In this document: positions 36,852 to 45,900 of the stretch, piece by piece
How positions within the stretch are numbered: position 1 is the first letter of the stretch
Layout of the letters: each line of letters opens with the position of its first letter
DNA from: Pelagibius sp.
Lineage (GTDB): Bacteria > Pseudomonadota > Alphaproteobacteria > Kiloniellales > Kiloniellaceae
Length of the DNA stretch: 64,000 bases
NCBI RefSeq assembly: GCF_965233615.1
Contig: NZ_OZ247495.1
Direction: 5' to 3' (one strand)
Position numbers and translations under genes: made by a program
Notes under the pieces: generated by a model
The model's input: only the letters and a program-made list of their open reading frames with translations
What the model was told of the DNA's origin: nothing
Databases searched by the model: none

Positions 36852-39800
36852 ATGGGCGCTGCAACGCGGGGAGACGAGAAAAGACCGGAAGGCGGCGGCT
36901 ACACAGCCACGGGTCCGGCAGCGGATCTTGTTGCCCGGCTCGACGCGGCCCTGGAGGGCGAGGCCTACGGCGATGCTTTCTCCCGCGGCCGCTACGCCAC
37001 CGACGCCTCGATCTATCAGATCATGCCGCGCGCCGTGGTGGTGCCCAGAACCATGGCGGACGTGGAAGCCACCCTGGCCATCGCCCGCGCGGCCGGTGTG
37101 CCGGTTCTGCCGCGCGGCGGCGGCACCTCGCAATGCGGCCAGACCGTCAACGATGCCGTCGTCATCGACTTCACCAAGCACCTGAACCGCATCCTCTCCG
37201 TCGATACGGTGAACGCAACGGCGGAGGTCGAGCCCGGTCTGGTGCTGGACCATCTGAACGCCGCCCTGAAGCAGCACGGCCTCTGGTTTCCGGTCGACGT
37301 CTCCACCGCCTCGCGCGCGACCCTGGGCGGCATGGCAGCGAACAACTCCTGCGGCGCGCGTTCCATCCGCTACGGCACCATGCGCGACAACGTGCTGGGG
37401 ATCGATGCCCTGCTGGCCGACGGCAGCCGCATGGATTTCGGCCCGGTGCCCCAGGATCTGGCCGGGGTCAACAGCCCGAGCCCGAAACATGATCTGTTCC
37501 GCGAGCTGCTCGACCTCGGCCAGCGCGAGGCGGAAGAAATCAAGGCGCGCTTTCCCGACCTGATGCGCCGGGTCGGGGGCTACAACATCGATGCGCTGGT
37601 GCCCAACGGCCCCGCCAACAACCTTTCGCATCTGCTGGTCGGCTCCGAAGGCACACTGGCGGTCAGCGAGAAGATCAAGCTGCAGCTCGCCCCCCTGCCG
37701 AAGAACAAAGTGCTGGGAATCTGTCATTTCCCGAGCTTTTACGAGGCGATGGATTCGGCGCGCCATCTGGTCACCCTGGGCCCGACGGCGGTGGAACTGA
37801 TCGACCGCACGATGATCGAGCTGAGCCGCGACATCCCGCTCTTCCGGCCCATTGTCGACCGCTTCGTGCGCGGCGAGCCGGAAGCCCTGCTCCTGGTCGA
37901 GTTCGCCGAAGAAGATCAGGACGAGAACCTCCGCCGCCTGCAGACCCTGGGCGATATGATGGCGGCGCTCGGTTTTCGCTGGGGCGATGCGGGCAAGAAG
38001 GACGGCGGCGTTGTCGAAGCCATCGACCCGGACTTCCAGAAACAGATCTTCGGCGTCCGCGCCCAGGGCCTCAACATCATGATGTCCATGAAGGCGGAGG
38101 GAAAACCGGTTTCCTTCGTCGAAGACTGCGCTGTGCGCCTGGAGGACCTGGCCGACTACACCCAACGTCTGACGGAGATCTTCCACAAGCACGGCACCAC
38201 CGGCACCTGGTACGCCCATGCCTCGGTCGGCACCCTGCACGTCCGTCCGGTGCTGAATCTGCGCCTGGATAACGACGTGAAGGCGATGCGGGCCATCGCC
38301 GAAGAAGCCTTTGAGATGGTGCGCGAATACCGCGGCTCCCACTCCGGCGAACACGGCGACGGTATCGTCCGTTCGGAGTTCCACCGCGAGATGTTCGGCG
38401 ACCGCATGGTCAAGAGTTTCGAGTGGGTGAAAGACCGCCTGGACCCGGACGCGCTGTTGAACCCCGGCAAGATCGTACGGCCGCCGAAAATGGACGACCG
38501 CAACCTGTTCCGCTATCCGCCCGACTACAAGGTGCCGGAACTGCGCAGCGTCTTTGATTGGGCCGGCTACCCCGGGGCCGGACGCGGCCTGCAGGGCGCG
38601 GTGGAGATGTGCAACAACAACGGCGCCTGCCGCAAGATCGGCGACGGGGTCATGTGCCCCTCCTACCGTGTCACCCGCAACGAGCGGGATCTTGTGCGCG
38701 GCCGCGCCAATACGCTGCGCCTGGCGATCTCCGGCCAATTGGGGCCTGAGGCCATGACCGCCGACGCCATGGCGGAGACCATGAAGCTCTGCGTCTCCTG
38801 CAAGGGCTGCCGCCGCGAGTGCCCGACCGGCGTCGATATGGCGAAGATGAAGATCGAGGTATTGGCGGCCCGCGCCGAAAAGCACGGCCTTTCCCTGCGC
38901 GACCGCCTGATCGCCAAGCTGCCGCACTACGCCCCCTGGGCGGCCCGCTTTGCCGGGCTGATGAATCTGCGCGACCGCCTGCCGGGCGCAGCGAAGCTTT
39001 CGGAAACCTTGCTCGGCCTCAGCGCCGAGCGCAGGCTGCCGCTCTGGCATAGCGAGCCCTACCGGCCTGATCCAGGGGAGAACGAGGCAGCGGAGGTCAT
39101 CCTCTTCGCCGATACCTTCAACCGCTACTTCGAGCCGGATAACCTGCGCGCCGCCGAAACGGTGTTGCGCCGCGCCGGCCTGAAGGTGGGGCACGCCCTG
39201 CCGGAAAACAGCACGCGGCCACTGTGCTGCGGGCGTACCTATCTGGCTGCCGGGCTGGTCGAGGACGCCAAGGCGGAGATGCGGCGCACCATCGCGGCGG
39301 TGAAGCCGATGCTGGAGCGCGGCGGTTTCGTCGTCGGGCTCGAACCCTCCTGCCTCCTCACCTTCCGCGACGAGGCCCCGGCCCTGCTGGGCGACGACTG
39401 GTCGGTCGAACTTGGCAGCCGGGTCCTGCTGTTCGAGGAGTTCATCGCCCGGAAGCAGGAAGCCGGAGACTTCGACCTTCCCCTTGGGTCCTTGGCCCAG
39501 AACAAGGCCCTTCTGCACGGCCACTGCCATCAGAAAGCCTTCAACGCTGTTACACCGGTGCAGCAGGTTCTCGGCAAGATCCCCGGACTTGCGGTAGACT
39601 TGGTCGAGTCGTCCTGCTGCGGGATGGCCGGGGCTTTCGGCTATCAGGCCGAGACGCTGGAGGTTTCCCGCGCCATGGGCGAGCTCAGCCTGCTGCCGGC
39701 GGTGCGGGCGGCGGACAAGGATACGATTGTGGTGGCCGACGGCACCTCCTGCCGGCATCAGATCGCCGACGGCAGCAACCGGGAGGCGGTTCATGTCGCC

Positions 39801-39857
39801 GTGGTGCTGGAGCGCGCGAGCCGGGCCCCCGAGAGTCATGAGTTGGGAATGCAATGA
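36852..39857 (+). CDS. FAD-binding oxidase fused to an Fe-S (GlcF/CCG-type) domain, YdiJ-like D-2-hydroxyacid dehydrogenase
   Basis: PRGGGTSQCGQ (FAD-binding PCMH), the GlcD-like core, CVSCKGCRRECPTGVDM (4Fe-4S) and C-terminal Cys-rich CCG repeats. About 1000 aa. Confidence 0.88.
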   Translation: MGAATRGDEKRPEGGGYTATGPAADLVARLDAALEGEAYGDAFSRGRYATDASIYQIMPRAVVVPRTMADVEATLAIARAAGVPVLPRGGGTSQCGQTVNDAVVIDFTKHLNRILSVDTVNATAEVEPGLVLDHLNAALKQHGLWFPVDVSTASRATLGGMAANNSCGARSIRYGTMRDNVLGIDALLADGSRMDFGPVPQDLAGVNSPSPKHDLFRELLDLGQREAEEIKARFPDLMRRVGGYNIDALVPNGPANNLSHLLVGSEGTLAVSEKIKLQLAPLPKNKVLGICHFPSFYEAMDSARHLVTLGPTAVELIDRTMIELSRDIPLFRPIVDRFVRGEPEALLLVEFAEEDQDENLRRLQTLGDMMAALGFRWGDAGKKDGGVVEAIDPDFQKQIFGVRAQGLNIMMSMKAEGKPVSFVEDCAVRLEDLADYTQRLTEIFHKHGTTGTWYAHASVGTLHVRPVLNLRLDNDVKAMRAIAEEAFEMVREYRGSHSGEHGDGIVRSEFHREMFGDRMVKSFEWVKDRLDPDALLNPGKIVRPPKMDDRNLFRYPPDYKVPELRSVFDWAGYPGAGRGLQGAVEMCNNNGACRKIGDGVMCPSYRVTRNERDLVRGRANTLRLAISGQLGPEAMTADAMAETMKLCVSCKGCRRECPTGVDMAKMKIEVLAARAEKHGLSLRDRLIAKLPHYAPWAARFAGLMNLRDRLPGAAKLSETLLGLSAERRLPLWHSEPYRPDPGENEAAEVILFADTFNRYFEPDNLRAAETVLRRAGLKVGHALPENSTRPLCCGRTYLAAGLVEDAKAEMRRTIAAVKPMLERGGFVVGLEPSCLLTFRDEAPALLGDDWSVELGSRVLLFEEFIARKQEAGDFDLPLGSLAQNKALLHGHCHQKAFNAVTPVQQVLGKIPGLAVDLVESSCCGMAGAFGYQAETLEVSRAMGELSLLPAVRAADKDTIVVADGTSCRHQIADGSNREAVHVAVVLERASRAPESHELGMQ

Positions 39858-40522
39858 GCCTGACGGAAACCATCGACCGCCGCCCGCTGCATCACGAACT
39901 GGTGGACCGGCTGCGTGACATGATCATCGAAGGCCAGCTTGAGGCGGGGCAGAAGATCTCCGAGAAGGCGCTCTGCGAGCGCTTCGGCGTTTCCCGCACC
40001 CCCCTGCGCGAAGCCGTGAAGATTCTCGCGGCCGAGGGCTTTCTGGACCTGACGCCGCACCGCGGCGCCTCGGTCGTGAAACTCACCCTGAAGGACTTCG
40101 AAGAAGCGCTGCCGATCATGGGCGCGCTGGACGCCGTCGCCGGGGAGCTGGCCTGCCAGAACGCGACGGAAGCCGAGATCGCCGAGCTTGAAGAGCTGAC
40201 CGCGCGGATGACGGAGCGCTTCGAGGCCGAGGACCTTGCCGGCTATTACAAGCTGAATTCCCGCATCCACCAGCTGATCATGGAGATGGCGCGCAACCCG
40301 ACCCTGACCCGCTCGACCCGCGTCCTGTCGGAGCGTATGCGCCGCGCCCGCTACGAACTGGTGATGTCACCGGCGCGCTGGGCCCAGGCCGTGGAAGAAC
40401 ATCAGGCCATGGTGAAAGCGATCAAGAACCGCAAGGGCGTGCAGCTCGGCCGCATCATGAAGGTCCATGTCATCCACAAGCTGCAAGACCTGCAGGCCCA
40501 CCTCTTCGCCGACGAGCACTAG
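39854..40522 (+). CDS. GntR-family transcriptional regulator (FadR/FCD subfamily)
   Basis: A GntR wHTH (ISEKALCERFGVSRTPLREAVKILAAEGFLD) plus an FCD domain. A 4-nt ATGA overlap joins it to the upstream gene. Confidence 0.9.
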   Translation: MSLTETIDRRPLHHELVDRLRDMIIEGQLEAGQKISEKALCERFGVSRTPLREAVKILAAEGFLDLTPHRGASVVKLTLKDFEEALPIMGALDAVAGELACQNATEAEIAELEELTARMTERFEAEDLAGYYKLNSRIHQLIMEMARNPTLTRSTRVLSERMRRARYELVMSPARWAQAVEEHQAMVKAIKNRKGVQLGRIMKVHVIHKLQDLQAHLFADEH

Positions 40523-40666
40523 ATCCTTCGCAGCTCCCGTCGAATCGGATCTCACCTGCTCTCTCCACGTCAGCAGCGGCCACCCAACCCCGCACTCCCC
40601 CTCAGGTTGGTCAGGACAGCAGCAATGCGAGCCTGGATTGCCGGACGGCGGCAATTCAATTTGCCC

Positions 40667-40745
40667 TGTGACATAAGTTTGCCAACAACCTGAAAATCCC
40701 GCACCATGCCCTTGTCACAAAAACTTCAAAAAACTGTCATGTGAC
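40667..40745. promoter_or_regulatory. Three TGTGAC/GTCACA-type half-site motifs upstream of the ABC operon (candidate GntR operators)
   Basis: TGTGACA (40667-40673), TGTCACA (40713-40719) and the dyad TGTCA-TG-TGACG (40735-40745). All lie within 100 nt of the SBP start. GT-Nx-AC cores are typical of GntR operators. Confidence 0.35.
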
Positions 40746-40762
40746 GATAGGGAGGACACTCA

Positions 40763-41794
40763 ATGAAAAGAACGTTCGTTTTGGCTCTGGGCGCTGCGGC
40801 GCTGGGGCTTGGGGCGGCCGCCTTGCCGGCGCAGGCAGCGGGCAAACTCACCTACTATTGCAGCGCCCAGGAAGACTGGTGCCAGTTGATGGCGCGGAGC
40901 TTCGAGGAAGCCACCGGCATCGACGTCAACATGACCCGCAAGAGCGCCGGGGAGACCTATGCCCAGGTCCGCGCCGAAGCGAGCAACCCCAAGGGCGATG
41001 TGTGGTGGGGCGGCACCGGCGATCCGCATCTGCAGGCAGCCGAGGAAGGCTTGACCGAGCCCTATGTTTCGCCGATGCGCGGCGAGCTGAACGACTGGGC
41101 CATCTCCCAGGCGAGCTCCGCCGATGACAAGACCATCGGGATCTACTCCGGCGCCCTGGGTTACGGCTACAACGAGGACCTGTTGAAGGCCAACAACCTG
41201 CCGGTTCCGGCCTGCTGGAAGGATCTGCTGAAGCCGGAGTACAAGGGCCACGTGCAGATGGCTAATCCGAATTCATCGGGCACCGCCTACACGACGCTGG
41301 CGACCATCGTGCAGCTCTTCGGCGAGGACGAAGGCTTTGAGTTCATGAAGGGCCTTCACAAGAACATCAACCAGTACACCAAGTCCGGTTCGGCCCCCAT
41401 CAAGGCTGCAGGCCGCGGCGAAAACACCATCGGCATCGTCTTCATGCATGATGCGGTGAAACAGGCCGTCGCCGGATTCCCGATCAAGGTCGTGGCGCCT
41501 TGCGAAGGCACCGGCTACGAGATCGGCTCCATGTCGATCATCAAAGGCGCGCGCAATCTGGAGAACGCCAAGAAGTTCTACGATTGGGCGCTCTCCAAGG
41601 AAGCCCAGACCCTGGCCCTGCAGGTGAAGGCCTATCAGGTGCCGTCCAACAAAGCGTCGGAGACCTCGCCCAAGGCGCCGGATCTTTCGAGCATCAAGCT
41701 GATCGACTACGACTTCAACAAGTACGGCTCCAGCGAAGAGCGCAAGCGCCTCTTGAAGAAGTGGGACGACGAGGTTTCGACCCTGCCGCAATAG
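40763..41794 (+). CDS. ABC transporter periplasmic substrate-binding protein (AfuA/FbpA, COG1840-type)
   Basis: Signal peptide followed by GDVWWGGTGDPHL and ANPNSSGTAYT patterns. The ligand is not assignable; related families bind Fe3+, 2-aminoethylphosphonate and similar compounds. Confidence 0.8.
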   Translation: MKRTFVLALGAAALGLGAAALPAQAAGKLTYYCSAQEDWCQLMARSFEEATGIDVNMTRKSAGETYAQVRAEASNPKGDVWWGGTGDPHLQAAEEGLTEPYVSPMRGELNDWAISQASSADDKTIGIYSGALGYGYNEDLLKANNLPVPACWKDLLKPEYKGHVQMANPNSSGTAYTTLATIVQLFGEDEGFEFMKGLHKNINQYTKSGSAPIKAAGRGENTIGIVFMHDAVKQAVAGFPIKVVAPCEGTGYEIGSMSIIKGARNLENAKKFYDWALSKEAQTLALQVKAYQVPSNKASETSPKAPDLSSIKLIDYDFNKYGSSEERKRLLKKWDDEVSTLPQ

Positions 41795-41798
41795 GACC

Positions 41799-44027
41799 TT
41801 GCGCAAGGTCGACACCCACCGCCGCGTCCACCCGACGATTGCCCTTTGGTTGATCGTCGGGTGGGTCGGCTTTTGCCTGCTTCCCTGGTACGGCATCGAA
41901 GACGGCTTCCTGTCGCTGATCTGGCTCTTTGACGGCTATCCCTTCGAGCCCGGCTATGCGCCGGGCCTCTTTCTTCTGCTCCAGGGCGAGAAGCTCTGGC
42001 TCGCACCCATCGTGATCGGCCTGCTGCTGCCGATCTTCGCCCTGGCGACCGCCAAATCGGCCAAGGCCCATTCCACCCTGCTGATCCTGGCCGGTGCCTT
42101 CGGCTTCGGCTGGCTGATCGCCCAGGGCTTCGGCATCGGGCTGCGGGGTTTTCAGTTCGAGTGGCTGGAAGCCCTGTTCGGCCCGCTGGGCGACCGTCAG
42201 TTCGGCATGGGGTACGGCGCGCTTCTGGCCGCCACGGCCTTTCTGTTCTTCTTCACCCAGGGCATCGCGGCACGCGGCGCGATCAACGGCGATGTCTTCG
42301 TCGTCGGCTCGATCGGCTTTGTTATCGCCATCGTCACCGTCTTCGTGTTCTTCCCGATCCTGAGTCTGCTGACCAGCGCCTTCATCACCGAGGACGGCGG
42401 CTATTCCGCTGGCGTGTTCATCGCCAAGTTCTTCGACGACAAACTCTGGGGCACGGCCTGCATGACCTTCTCCGGACGCTGCGGAGCGGCCTGGAACTCC
42501 CTGATCCTGGCGATCCTGGTCGGGGCTTCGACGACCGTCCTCGGGCTCTGCTTCGCGCTCATCGTGGCCCGCACCGGTTTCCGCTTCAAACGCGGCCTGC
42601 GGGCGCTGACGGTATTGCCCATCATCACCCCGCCCTTCGTCATCGGCCTCGCCCTGATCCTGCTCTTCGGTCTCTCCGGCACGGTGACGACCTTCGTGGC
42701 GGATCTTTTCGGCGTTCAGCCGACGCGCTGGGTCTATGGCCTGCCCGGGGTGCTGATTGCCCAGATTCTGGCCTTCACGCCCATCGCCTTTCTGGTGATG
42801 ATCGGGGTGGTCGAAGGGGTCAGTCCCTCGATGGAGGAAGCCGCCCAGACCCTGCGGGCCAGCAAGTGGCATACCTTCAGAACCGTTTCCCTGCCGCTGA
42901 TGCGGCCGGGCCTGGCCAATTCCTTCCTGCTCGGCTTCATCGAGAGTATGGCCGACTTCGGCAATCCGCTGGTTCTGGGCGGCAACTTCGATGTGCTCTC
43001 GACGGAGATCTTCTTTGCCATCGTCGGCGCACAGTACGATCAGGGGCGCGCCGCCGTCCTCGCCATCGTGCTGCTGGCCTTCACCCTCGGCGCCTTTTAT
43101 GCGCAGCGCTTCTGGCTCGGCCGCAAGTCCTACACCACGCTGACCGGCAAGGGCGACGCCGGCGTCCATCCGCAGCTGCCGGCCCCCTTCGCCTTTGCCG
43201 TCGGCGCCATCGTGGCGGCCTGGACTTTCTTCACCATCGTCATCTACGGCATGATCTTCTACGGCAGCGTGGTGCAGCTCTGGGGCGTGAACAACACCCT
43301 GACGCTGAAGCACTACGTCACCGCCTTTGCCCTGCGCATCACCGAGGAAGGTATCCGCTGGACCGGGTCGGCCTGGGATTCCTTCTGGACCACAGTGCAG
43401 ATCGCCGCCGTCTCGGCGCCCCTGACCGCCGCGGTCGGCCTTGTCACCGCCTACCTGCTGGTCCGCCAATCCTTTGCCGGCAAGAACGCTTTTGAGTTCG
43501 GCACCATGCTGTCCTTCGCCATTCCGGGCACGGTAATCGGGGTCAGCTATATCCTGGCCTTCAACGTGCCGCCGATCGAGATCACCGGCACCGGCGTCAT
43601 CCTTGTCGTCTCCTTCATCTTCCGCAACATGCCGGTCGGGGTGCGTGCCGGCATCGCCTCCATGTCGCAGCTCGATCGCAGCCTCGACGAATCGTCGCTG
43701 ACACTGGGGGCGAATTCCTGGCAGACGTTTCTGCGCGTCGTTCTGCCGCTGCTGCGCCCGGCGATCCTGGCCGCCCTGGTCTACAGCTTCGTGCGGGCGA
43801 TGACAGCGGTTTCGGCGGTGATCTTTCTGGTCAGCGCCGAGTACGATATGGCCACCAGCTACATCATCGGCCGGGTCGAGAACAACGACTACGGCCTCGC
43901 CATCGCTTATTCGATGACCCTGATTTTCGTCATGCTAGGGGCCATCGGCCTTCTGCAACTGCTGGTCGGCAAACGCAGCATCGGCCGCCGCGGCCAACAG
44001 GCCCGCGCCGCGGTGACGGCAACCTAG
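41799..44027 (+). CDS. ABC transporter permease, fused double-domain (FbpB-like, about 12+ TM)
   Basis: 742 aa containing two MetI-like permease domains, each with an EAA-type loop (MEEAAQTLRASKW; LDESSLTLGANSW). Confidence 0.88.
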   Translation: MRKVDTHRRVHPTIALWLIVGWVGFCLLPWYGIEDGFLSLIWLFDGYPFEPGYAPGLFLLLQGEKLWLAPIVIGLLLPIFALATAKSAKAHSTLLILAGAFGFGWLIAQGFGIGLRGFQFEWLEALFGPLGDRQFGMGYGALLAATAFLFFFTQGIAARGAINGDVFVVGSIGFVIAIVTVFVFFPILSLLTSAFITEDGGYSAGVFIAKFFDDKLWGTACMTFSGRCGAAWNSLILAILVGASTTVLGLCFALIVARTGFRFKRGLRALTVLPIITPPFVIGLALILLFGLSGTVTTFVADLFGVQPTRWVYGLPGVLIAQILAFTPIAFLVMIGVVEGVSPSMEEAAQTLRASKWHTFRTVSLPLMRPGLANSFLLGFIESMADFGNPLVLGGNFDVLSTEIFFAIVGAQYDQGRAAVLAIVLLAFTLGAFYAQRFWLGRKSYTTLTGKGDAGVHPQLPAPFAFAVGAIVAAWTFFTIVIYGMIFYGSVVQLWGVNNTLTLKHYVTAFALRITEEGIRWTGSAWDSFWTTVQIAAVSAPLTAAVGLVTAYLLVRQSFAGKNAFEFGTMLSFAIPGTVIGVSYILAFNVPPIEITGTGVILVVSFIFRNMPVGVRAGIASMSQLDRSLDESSLTLGANSWQTFLRVVLPLLRPAILAALVYSFVRAMTAVSAVIFLVSAEYDMATSYIIGRVENNDYGLAIAYSMTLIFVMLGAIGLLQLLVGKRSIGRRGQQARAAVTAT

Positions 44028-44031
44028 CCAA

Positions 44032-45111
44032 GTGGAGCAAAGCCCCGTGCAATCAAACGCAGCTTCCGTGGTCTTCGAGAACGTCACCAAGACATTCGGC
44101 AAGGATGTGGTGGCGGTGGATGACATCTCGCTGTCGGTGGAGGCCGGCAAGCTGGTGACCCTGCTCGGCCCCTCGGGCTGCGGCAAGACCACCACGCTGC
44201 GCATGATCGCCGGCCTGGAAATGGCGACCAAAGGCCGCATCCTGATCGGCGACCGGGACGTAACACGGCTGCCGGCCACCGACCGCGATGTGTCGATGGT
44301 TTTTCAGTCCTATGCCCTTTTCCCCCACATGACGGTGCTGGAGAACGTGTCCTACGGCCTGAAGTTCTCGGGCTTCCCCAAGGCGGAGGTGCGCGAACGG
44401 GCGCTGGCCGGGCTCGACCTGGTCGGCCTGAAGGACTATGGCGCAAGGCTGCCGAGCGAGCTTTCCGGCGGCCAGCAGCAGCGCGTTGCGGTGGCCCGCG
44501 CCCTGGTCCTCGAACCCCAGGTTCTGCTCTTCGATGAACCGCTTTCCAACCTCGATGCCAAGCTGCGCCGTCAGGTTCGCGAAGACATCCGCGACATCCA
44601 GACCAAGCTGGGGCTGACCGTTGTCTACGTCACCCACGACCAGGAAGAGGCCCTGGCGGTTTCCGACCGGATCATCGTCATGAACCGGGCGGTCATCGCC
44701 CAGGACGGCGCGCCGCGCGATCTCTATGACGCCCCGGCCAGCCGCTTCGTGGCCGACTTCATCGGCGAGGCAAACATCTTCGACTGCACGGTGGAGAGCG
44801 TCAGCGACGGCGAGGCCGCAGTGGCCCTGGGTACTTACAGGACCGCCCTGCCGGCCCGCGGCATCAACCCCGGCAAGGCCTTCGTCGCCGTGCGGCCCAA
44901 CCGGGTGGTCATCGCAGCGGGGGGTGCGGCCAATGCCATTCCCGGCGATCTGAAAAAGATCACCTATGTCGGGCGCCACCTCGAGTATTTCATCGATACC
45001 GCGCTGGGGCCGGTCTTCGCCGTCGATCCCGACGTCAACGCCGACTTCCAGCGCGGCCAGTCGGTCAGCGTGACCTTCGCGGAGCCCGGCCCGGTCCTGC
45101 TGAGCAACTGA
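44032..45111 (+). CDS. ABC transporter ATP-binding protein (FbpC/PotA-like, with C-terminal TOBE-type domain)
   Basis: Walker A GPSGCGKTT, signature LSGGQQQRV and Walker B LLFDEPLS. Confidence 0.92.
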   Translation: MEQSPVQSNAASVVFENVTKTFGKDVVAVDDISLSVEAGKLVTLLGPSGCGKTTTLRMIAGLEMATKGRILIGDRDVTRLPATDRDVSMVFQSYALFPHMTVLENVSYGLKFSGFPKAEVRERALAGLDLVGLKDYGARLPSELSGGQQQRVAVARALVLEPQVLLFDEPLSNLDAKLRRQVREDIRDIQTKLGLTVVYVTHDQEEALAVSDRIIVMNRAVIAQDGAPRDLYDAPASRFVADFIGEANIFDCTVESVSDGEAAVALGTYRTALPARGINPGKAFVAVRPNRVVIAAGGAANAIPGDLKKITYVGRHLEYFIDTALGPVFAVDPDVNADFQRGQSVSVTFAEPGPVLLSN

Positions 45112-45206
45112 CGGCGGGCGGTCTCTCTGCCGGCGATTACAAACCGAAGGCCTGGACGCACCTCTTGATCATCGCGGAGGCCCGTAACCTCACCCCGAAC
45201 CGCGCG

Positions 45207-45731
45207 TTATCCCGGATTGGATTTCCGGATCAGCCGTTTGAACTCGACCAGCAGAGACTCACTGGTGTTCGGGCCGGAAAGAACGCCGCGCCGTTTTCCG
45301 CTGCCGTCGAAGAGCAACAGGGTGACATGCGGAACACCGTGGGCGTCGGCCAGCGCCTGCCCGTCCGGATGACGGATATTGGCGACGACATATTGAATGT
45401 CGTCGTCGTCCAATTGCGACAACGCATCCCGGGCTTCGCTCTGCAAAGCGCGGCACAGCGAACACTGCGGATCGTGGATCTGCACCACGGTGGGAATGCC
45501 GTTGCCGATGCGCGACAGGTCCTGCTCGACAATGCCGGCGTGAACAGAGCGCGCAAGATACCAGCCGCCACCGCCGACGATGGCGAGGCCTGCAACGTTG
45601 TAGCCGATGTTCCGCAGAAAATCGCGGCGGCTGCGGATCTTTTTCTTTGGCCCTGACGAGCCCGCGGTCTGTTCGCCGAGGATACTCCCCTGCTTCTTTT
45701 TCGAGGCCGTCTTGCGTTTTTGTCGCTTCAT
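45207..45731 (-). CDS. Membrane-anchored thioredoxin-fold protein (CxxC)
   Basis: The start is MKRQKRKTASKKK (45731). One TM helix, then VVQIHDPQCSLCRAL and a thioredoxin-like fold. Confidence 0.7.
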   Translation of the reverse strand: MKRQKRKTASKKKQGSILGEQTAGSSGPKKKIRSRRDFLRNIGYNVAGLAIVGGGGWYLARSVHAGIVEQDLSRIGNGIPTVVQIHDPQCSLCRALQSEARDALSQLDDDDIQYVVANIRHPDGQALADAHGVPHVTLLLFDGSGKRRGVLSGPNTSESLLVEFKRLIRKSNPG

Positions 45732-45900
45732 AGCGGAATCCCTATCTGGCCGGCACCGCTCTGCGGCTGCCTGTTTCCCTTCCCTTAGGTCTGATTCACG
45801 GCGACAACCCTTGGCGCGCAACTATAGGCACACTGCGGCTGCCGATGCAGATCACTGATTCGTGACCGCCATGCAGGGATTGCTTGCCTGAGGCGCCGCC

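Noticed and set aside
36849-39854. 1001-aa ORF on the minus strand exactly mirroring the 1006-aa + strand ORF.
   Set aside because: The + strand product has unambiguous FAD-oxidase and 4Fe-4S/CCG motifs. The minus-strand translation is Arg/Ala/Gly/His-rich low-information sequence with no motifs. Full-length antisense ORFs are expected when GC3 is very high because stop codons are depleted in the mirror frame.
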